DNA from: Spirochaetia bacterium | GTDB lineage: Bacteria > Spirochaetota > Spirochaetia > SZUA-6 > Bin103 | Assembly (NCBI GenBank): GCA_965208575.1 | Contig: CBDBOV010000003.1 | Span: 640,001 to 704,000, forward strand | DNA length: 64,000 nucleotides | Direction: 5' to 3' | Part shown: piece by piece, positions 58,102 through 64,000 of the stretch | Layout: each line of letters starts with the position of its first letter | Numbering within the stretch: the first letter of the stretch is position 1 | Translations under genes and position numbers: made by a program | The notes under the pieces: generated by a model | Told to the model about the DNA's origin: nothing | Database searches by the model: none | What the model saw: the letters and a program-made list of their open reading frames with translations, nothing else

Positions 58102-59916
58102 ATGAACATTGTAAAGATCAGAATGACGACCTTCGCGATTGCGTTGGTCCTCGTCGTTACCGCAACCGGCCTCTGGGCCGCTGGCGCCACAGACACGGAG
58201 TCGGCAGCGGCGGCCGAAAAGGAAATGGTGCGCGACCCCTCCACCGGCCAGATGGTGACCGCGCCCCAGTACGGCGGGACAATAACCTATCCCTACAATG
58301 TAGTTTTGGAGACTACTGACCCCCATACTAGCGGCCACTTTGCGGGTGACATCGACAGCGTCAATCAGCAGCTTGCCGTCCCGGACTGGGGAATAGATAG
58401 GGATCAACTTGACTATAGAAGCGGCTACATCGGTATGGAGTTCTATGTAGGGCAGCTGGCTGAAAGCTGGGAAATGCCTGACGATAGAACCTATATCTTC
58501 CACATCCGCCAGGGCGTTCACTACGCCCTTGACCCAGACAGTGAGGCCAGCCGCTTAGTAAACGGGCGGGAGCTCACAGCCGATGACGTCGTATATTCCA
58601 TTCAGCGTCATAGCGCTCTGGGCGACTTCACCGAACGCCCCGTTCGGACTTACGAAATGATCAATCTGCCATGGGAATCGATAGAGGCCACCGACAAATA
58701 TACGGTTGTTATCAAGATGAAGGAGTTCTCCCTCATTGCGCTAAGGGCTATCATCACCGAAGATTCATTTTGGATATTACCCCCCGAGGTAATCCAGAAA
58801 TACGGGAACTACGAGGATTGGAAGAACGTGGTCGGCACTGGGCCCCTTATGCTGACTGACTGGACCGAGGACGTCTCCAAGACCTGGACCAGGAATCCTG
58901 ACTACTGGGGCTACGACCCCAAATACCCGCAGAACCGCGTGCCCTATGTAGACGAGATAAGGGCCCTGTATATGCCAGAAAGAGCAACAGCTCTGTCGGC
59001 ACTACGCACGGGTAAGATTGATCTTACGGTGGGGAGTTTCCTTCTCAAGACTCTCGACGACGTAAAGAGCCTCGAGCGGACCAACCCCGAAATCACGGTG
59101 ACCACTACTTTCGGGACTTCTACGACTGTTTTTACTCTGAACACGCACAAGCCGCCCTTTGACGACATCAGGGTACGCCGCGCAATGCAGATGGCACTGG
59201 ACCTTGAGACGATTAGCGACACTTACTTTGGCGGTTTGGCTAGGTGGAAACCTCAGGGGGGCGTAGGGAAAGCCGTCGTGGGGTATAACACCTCATTTGA
59301 TGAGTATCCCGAAGAGGTCAAGCAATACTATATCTATGACCCGGAACGTGCCGAGAAGCTGCTTGAAGAGGCTGGATATCCGCGCGGCGCGGACGGCGTT
59401 CGACTCAAGGTCCACCTGCACCACCGCGATGTTTCGGATTTAGGCTATACAGAAATAGCTGTCAGCTACTGGGGTGAGATTGGCATTGATGTAGATGTTG
59501 GTATATACGACACGCCTTCTTGGGTAGCAGGCAGAGCAGACACTACGTTGTATGAGCTAGCCACTAGCTACCAGGGCTTTACTTATAACCCTGAAACCTG
59601 GGTAACCTATTATCGCACGGATTACAAACATCGGAGCGAATACATAGGCGGATACCAGAGCCCTGAGATGGACGCCCTGTATGACGCCTTTTTCGCCGCA
59701 AAAACCGTTGAGGAGCAGCAGAGGATATTTAAGGAGTTTGATATGGAGGTCGGCATAAAGCGGCACAATCAAGTATGGGGTCCTATAGCCCCAGGGTTTA
59801 TTCAGGCCCAGCCGTGGGTTATAGGCTATAACGGTGAAGTCACTGGAAATCGTCCTCGTCTCGCCCTCGTCCACCTTTGGATTGACCAGGAGATGAAGGA
59901 AGCAATGGGGCATTAG
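58102..59916 (+). CDS. Family-5 ABC SBP (SBP5, divergent relative of SBP1-4)
   Basis: RBS GGAGG; signal peptide; PQYGGT, LAESW, GTGP, KPPFDDIRVR, WIDQ. Confidence 0.92.
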   Translation: MNIVKIRMTTFAIALVLVVTATGLWAAGATDTESAAAAEKEMVRDPSTGQMVTAPQYGGTITYPYNVVLETTDPHTSGHFAGDIDSVNQQLAVPDWGIDRDQLDYRSGYIGMEFYVGQLAESWEMPDDRTYIFHIRQGVHYALDPDSEASRLVNGRELTADDVVYSIQRHSALGDFTERPVRTYEMINLPWESIEATDKYTVVIKMKEFSLIALRAIITEDSFWILPPEVIQKYGNYEDWKNVVGTGPLMLTDWTEDVSKTWTRNPDYWGYDPKYPQNRVPYVDEIRALYMPERATALSALRTGKIDLTVGSFLLKTLDDVKSLERTNPEITVTTTFGTSTTVFTLNTHKPPFDDIRVRRAMQMALDLETISDTYFGGLARWKPQGGVGKAVVGYNTSFDEYPEEVKQYYIYDPERAEKLLEEAGYPRGADGVRLKVHLHHRDVSDLGYTEIAVSYWGEIGIDVDVGIYDTPSWVAGRADTTLYELATSYQGFTYNPETWVTYYRTDYKHRSEYIGGYQSPEMDALYDAFFAAKTVEEQQRIFKEFDMEVGIKRHNQVWGPIAPGFIQAQPWVIGYNGEVTGNRPRLALVHLWIDQEMKEAMGH

Positions 59917-59955
59917 GGGTTTTGAGCAGCCGACAAGACTGACAGGGTGGGTCAC

Positions 59956-60929
59956 ATGAGAGCCTATATCATCAGGCGGTTATTGCTGATCATCCCCACC
60001 CTGTTTGTATTGAGCATCCTGGTCTTTCTCTCGGTCCGCTTCATCCCCGGCGATGTAATAGACGTAATGGTGGGTAGGATGGTAGGATGGAAGCCGAGTC
60101 GGGCGGCGGCGGCAAGCTTGACCGTGAAGCTATGGAGCGTATGCTGGGATTAGACCAGCCTGTGCACGTGCAGTATGGACGCTGGATCGGCGGCATCCTC
60201 CTGCACGGCACCCTTGGAGAATCACTGTTTCGCGGTTGGCGCATCGAGGAGCGCATGCTGGGACGACTGCCGGTCACCGCCGAGCTCGGGGTGCTGGCCA
60301 TCCTCATCGGCCTGGTCATCGCCCTGCCGGTTGGCATCTACTCGGCGGTGCGCCAGTACACGGCCGCCGACTACGTGGGACGGTCGGTCGCCATCATGGG
60401 GCTGGCCACGCCCAACTTCTGGCTGGGAACGATGGTGATGATCTACCCGGCCATCTGGTGGGCGTGGTCGCCACCGATGGAGTTTGTTTCCCTCTCCGAA
60501 GACCCGCTGGGGAACCTCGGCATGTTCCTCATCCCCAGCCTGATCCTCGGCACCTACCTGGCGGCCAGCACCATGCGCATGACGCGCACCATGATGCTGG
60601 AGGTGCTGCGCCAGGACTACATCCGTACCGCCTGGGCCAAGGGGCTGCTGGAGCGGTCGGTGATTCTGCGCCACGCGGTGAAGAACGCGATCATCCCGGT
60701 GGTGACGCTGGTGGGCATGCAGTTGCCGATCCTGGTGGGCGGCTCGGTGATCATCGAGAACATCTTCAACCTGCCGGGGCTGGGGCGGATGATGCTGGCT
60801 GCGCTCAACACCCGCGACTACCCGGTGGTCTCGGGGGTGAATCTGTTCTTCGCCACGGTGGTGGTGTTCGTCAATCTGCTGACCGATCTGCTGTATGCGT
60901 CGCTGGACCCACGGATTCGCTACGAATGA
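59956..60929 (+). pseudogene. DppB-like permease frameshifted by an 8-bp tandem duplication
   Basis: GGTAGGAT x2 at 60073-60088. Removing one unit restores MRAY...VMVGRMEAESGGGGKLDR. Confidence 0.85.
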
Positions 60930-60938
60930 GGCACGCCC

Positions 60939-61898
60939 ATGGGTGACGTATCACAGCTGAGGCCGGCCGGCGCCGAGCCGGCCGCCGGGGCGGCTGCGGC
61001 TGGGCAGGCTGGAGCGCGGCGGTTCTTCGGCCGGCTGGTCCGTGAGCAGCCGTTGGGCACGGCCGGCGGCATCGTCATCCTGCTCCTGGTGCTGGTCAGC
61101 ATCTTCGCCGATTCGCTGGCGCCCTACCGCTTCGAGGAGATCCACCTGCGCGATCGCCTACAGGCCCCCTCGGCCGCGTACCTGCTGGGCACCGACCACG
61201 TGGGGCGTGACCTGTTGAGCCGCCTCATCCACGGGGCGCGGCTGTCGCTGTCGGTGGGGCTGGCCGCCACGGCCCTCAACGTCGTGGTGGCGGTGTTGAT
61301 CGGCGGCACCACCGGATTCATCGGCGGGCGGCTGGACCTGGTGACGCAGCGCTTCGTCGACGCCTGGATGGCGTTCCCGGGGCTGCTGTTGCTGCTGACG
61401 ATCATGTCGATTGCCGGCCGCGGCATGGCGCAGATCATCATCGTGCTGGGGGTGTCGGGCGGCATCCCGGCCTCGCGGGTGGTGCGCGGCGCGGTGCTGG
61501 GGGTGAAGGAGAACGTCTACTTCCAGGCGGCGCAGGCGATCGGCAGCTCGCGCCGGCGCTCGCTGCTGCGCCACGTGCTGCCCAACATCGCCGCGCCGAT
61601 CATCATCATCTTCAGCATCAACGTCGGCGGGGTGATCATGTCGGAGGCGGCGCTGAGCTTTCTCGGCTTCGGTCTGCCGCCGGACATACCGAGCTGGGGC
61701 GGCATGCTGAGCCGGGAGGGGCGGCAGTACATGGAGATTGCGCCGCATCTGGCGCTGTGGCCGGGCCTGTGTCTGACCGTGGTCGTCTACAGCCTCAACA
61801 TGTTCGGCGACGCGGTGCGCGACCTGCTGGACCCGCGGCTGCGCGGCCGGCTCGGGCGCTACGGCGCAGACGCCACGGCGCGGCCAAAGGCCAGCTGA
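60939..61898 (+). CDS. DppC-like permease
   Basis: LGTDHVGRD, EAA loop, LSFLGFG, GDAVRDLLDP. Confidence 0.92.
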   Translation: MGDVSQLRPAGAEPAAGAAAAGQAGARRFFGRLVREQPLGTAGGIVILLLVLVSIFADSLAPYRFEEIHLRDRLQAPSAAYLLGTDHVGRDLLSRLIHGARLSLSVGLAATALNVVVAVLIGGTTGFIGGRLDLVTQRFVDAWMAFPGLLLLLTIMSIAGRGMAQIIIVLGVSGGIPASRVVRGAVLGVKENVYFQAAQAIGSSRRRSLLRHVLPNIAAPIIIIFSINVGGVIMSEAALSFLGFGLPPDIPSWGGMLSREGRQYMEIAPHLALWPGLCLTVVVYSLNMFGDAVRDLLDPRLRGRLGRYGADATARPKAS

Positions 61899-62027
61899 AC
61901 CCGAGCTGACACGCCGGCTCATCGCGGCGTTGGACGCCGGCGCTGCAACGCAAGGGGCACCGATTGATCACCTCTACCCCGACGCCGAGATTCTTGATGC
62001 CGAACCTTCGTCCGGGGCGTCACTAAG

Positions 62028-62478
62028 TATCTGCTGGGCAGCGACCGGCTCGGCAGGGATCTGTTCAGTCGACTCATCTACGGCGCCCGCCTGTCGCTCG
62101 TCGTCGGCCTGTCGGCGACGGCGCTGAACGTGGCAGTGGCGCATCATCATTTTCAGCATCAACGTCGGCGGCGTCATCATCGCCGAGGCCAGCTTGAGCT
62201 TCCTCGGTTTCGGTCTGCCGGCGAGTGTGCCGAGCTGGGGCGGCATGCTCAGCAGGGAAGGGCGCAGCTACATGGAGATCGCGCCGTGGCTGGCGATCTG
62301 GCCCGGCGTGTTCCTGACCATCACCGTGTACAGCCTGAACATGTTCGGCGACGCGCTCAGGGACCTGCTCGACCCGCGGCTGCGGGGCGGCACAGGGCGT
62401 CTCGGCGCCGATGCCGCCCGGACGGTCTCCAACGGAGCCCGCGGCGAGCCACGGGCTGCTGGCAGCACGGACCGCTAG
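62028..62478 (+). pseudogene. Second DppC-like permease remnant with internal deletion
   Basis: YLLGSDRLGRDLFSRLIYGARLSL...NVAVA joined out of frame (~62141) to IIIFSINVGG...DLLDPRLRG. Confidence 0.8.
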
Positions 62479-62558
62479 GGCAGCACCAGCGCCCGCACTT
62501 CCGCGTGCATGGCGCGCTCCAGCTCGATCAGCGCCGAGGTGTCGAGGACGAATCCCAT
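62475..62558 (-). pseudogene. PIN toxin remnant
   Basis: MGFVLDTSALIELER then stop after 27 aa; overlaps the antitoxin 3' end. Confidence 0.6.
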
Positions 62559-62815
62559 GGGTTGTCCAGAATACGATCCGAGGAGTTGACCGCCTGCAGG
62601 TCGTCGGCGAAATCCGGGTCGACGCCAACGCTGGCGAGAGCACCCCAGACCTGACGCAGGGTCGCTGTGCGAGAACCGGCCGCCGGCACCAGCTCGGCGA
62701 TCGGCTTGCCGTTCTTGACCAGTACGAACTGGTCGTCGGTGTGCTTGATCCGGGCCAGGCAGTCACCCAGGTTGCGCGCCGCCCATGTGGTGGACACGGG
62801 AATTCTCATACGCAT
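62528..62815 (-). CDS. Phd/YefM-like antitoxin
   Basis: VSTTWAARNLGDCLARIK...FVLVKNGKPIAELVP...DPDFADDL. Confidence 0.75.
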   Translation of the reverse strand: MRMRIPVSTTWAARNLGDCLARIKHTDDQFVLVKNGKPIAELVPAAGSRTATLRQVWGALASVGVDPDFADDLQAVNSSDRILDNPWDSSSTPRR

Positions 62816-62840
62816 AACGGTAAAGTACGGTTTGCGTGTT

Positions 62841-64000
62841 TCAAGTAGCCGCCTCCGCGCCGCCGACCTCCAGGTACAGCACGCTGCCGGCGTGCAGGTG
62901 AGCGGGTTCGGCGAGAATAACCGTCTGCTGCCGCTGGGCATACGGCAAGTCCTGGCCGTCCAGAGTCGCGTTGGTCACGCCCCGCTTGAGAAGCGGACTC
63001 GCGTCGAAACGCCGCAGTACGATCGATCCGTGCACCACCGACAGGATGACCCGGTCCGCATGCAACTCCACGGTTCCCCATGCGCTGCTCAGGCACCAGA
63101 AGTAGCGATGGTGAGTGCGTGCCTGCCGGGGATGGAAACCGATCTTGCCCCTGGTCATGTCGAACGTGAAGCCGCTGAGGGCGAGCAGCAGCGCGTAGGA
63201 GGACATGGCGCGGGCGTAGTTGCTGCCGCACTCCATCTCGTTCCACGGGTTGCGCTTCTCGCCGTCGTAGCGGGCCCGGATCGCCTGCACGATTTCGATG
63301 CCCTCGTCGACCAGCCCCTCCTGGATCATGTGGCCGGCGGCCTGGTACTCGAAACCGCTCATCGTCTCCTCGGCGAACGGGATGCCGGTGTTCGGCCGCC
63401 CGCGCCGGTAGGAGCAGGTCAGCACGCCCGCCTCGTCGTTCAGGCTGAACACGCGGCGCGGGTTGAAGGTGTGCCGCATCGCTCTGACGAAGTTGTACCG
63501 ATATACCGACCGCAGCGCAATGCGCCTCTGCTGCGGATCGAAGACCTCGCCGAGCCCCGAGATGTTGGCGTGCCACTGGGCGACCACCTGATCGATTCCA
63601 CAGCCGTCAGCCACCTGGTAGTTGATCCGCCCGCTCTCGGCGTCCCAGTACTCGTCCCAGTCGCGGCGCGTGGCGGTGCGACCGGTGTCGCCGTCGACCA
63701 CGGTGACATCGTCCTCGATCAGCTCGTCGAGCATGCCCTTGTCGGTCAGGTCGATGAGCTGGTGGTAGTACTCGCCGTTGAACAAGTGCGCGTCCACCCA
63801 GCGTTTCCCGCTCCGGAACAGGGCGCGGTACCCGGCCGCGGCGTCCGCGTCCTCCAGGTGGTCGGCCATCTCCGCGGCGGCCTTCAGGGCGGCCAGGTAG
63901 AAGCCGGTGAGCCACGAATTGGGGCCGAACAGCTCGGTGTCGAGGGTGTGGTGCTGGCGGCCTTCCAGTACGCCGTCCCGGTCGCGGTCCCACCGGTCGC
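62841..64000 (-). CDS. GH116 non-lysosomal glucosylceramidase-like glycoside hydrolase (5' part lies outside the window)
   Basis: WDRDRDGVLEGRQHHTLDTELFGPNSWL, LFNGEYY, GCGIDQ, ETMSGFEY, RYDGEKRNPWNEMECGSNYARAM. Confidence 0.9.
   Translation of the reverse strand, partial: DRWDRDRDGVLEGRQHHTLDTELFGPNSWLTGFYLAALKAAAEMADHLEDADAAAGYRALFRSGKRWVDAHLFNGEYYHQLIDLTDKGMLDELIEDDVTVVDGDTGRTATRRDWDEYWDAESGRINYQVADGCGIDQVVAQWHANISGLGEVFDPQQRRIALRSVYRYNFVRAMRHTFNPRRVFSLNDEAGVLTCSYRRGRPNTGIPFAEETMSGFEYQAAGHMIQEGLVDEGIEIVQAIRARYDGEKRNPWNEMECGSNYARAMSSYALLLALSGFTFDMTRGKIGFHPRQARTHHRYFWCLSSAWGTVELHADRVILSVVHGSIVLRRFDASPLLKRGVTNATLDGQDLPYAQRQQTVILAEPAHLHAGSVLYLEVGGAEAAT

Overview
This is a high-GC bacterial window. 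Signal peptides ending in 'FAAGxxE/D' and the gene repertoire resemble host-associated Spirochaetaceae, but that is inference only. The left ~37 kb is a plastic, repeatedly duplicated island. It holds four equal-length (589 aa) family-5 ABC substrate-binding protein (SBP) paralogues, each with its own sigma70 promoter and ~290-nt leader. Three of these leaders carry a variable 8-bp tandem repeat, and only one copy keeps its permeases. The island also has two copies of a permease-FG-GAP/ASPIC-UnbV fusion gene, two copies of a low-GC epimerase/aldolase insert, many toxin-antitoxin (TA) modules, gene scraps, an IS1634 element and a three-layer nest of transposons with readable ends. The right part holds an ABC-ATPase/TOPRIM gene, an R2lox-SCP2 pair, metabolic genes, a peroxiredoxin-like selenoprotein (UGA plus SECIS) that the ORF track splits in two, a fifth chimeric SBP operon and part of a GH116 gene. 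No rRNA, tRNA or CRISPR array was seen. Family assignments come from motif recognition only; no searches were run.
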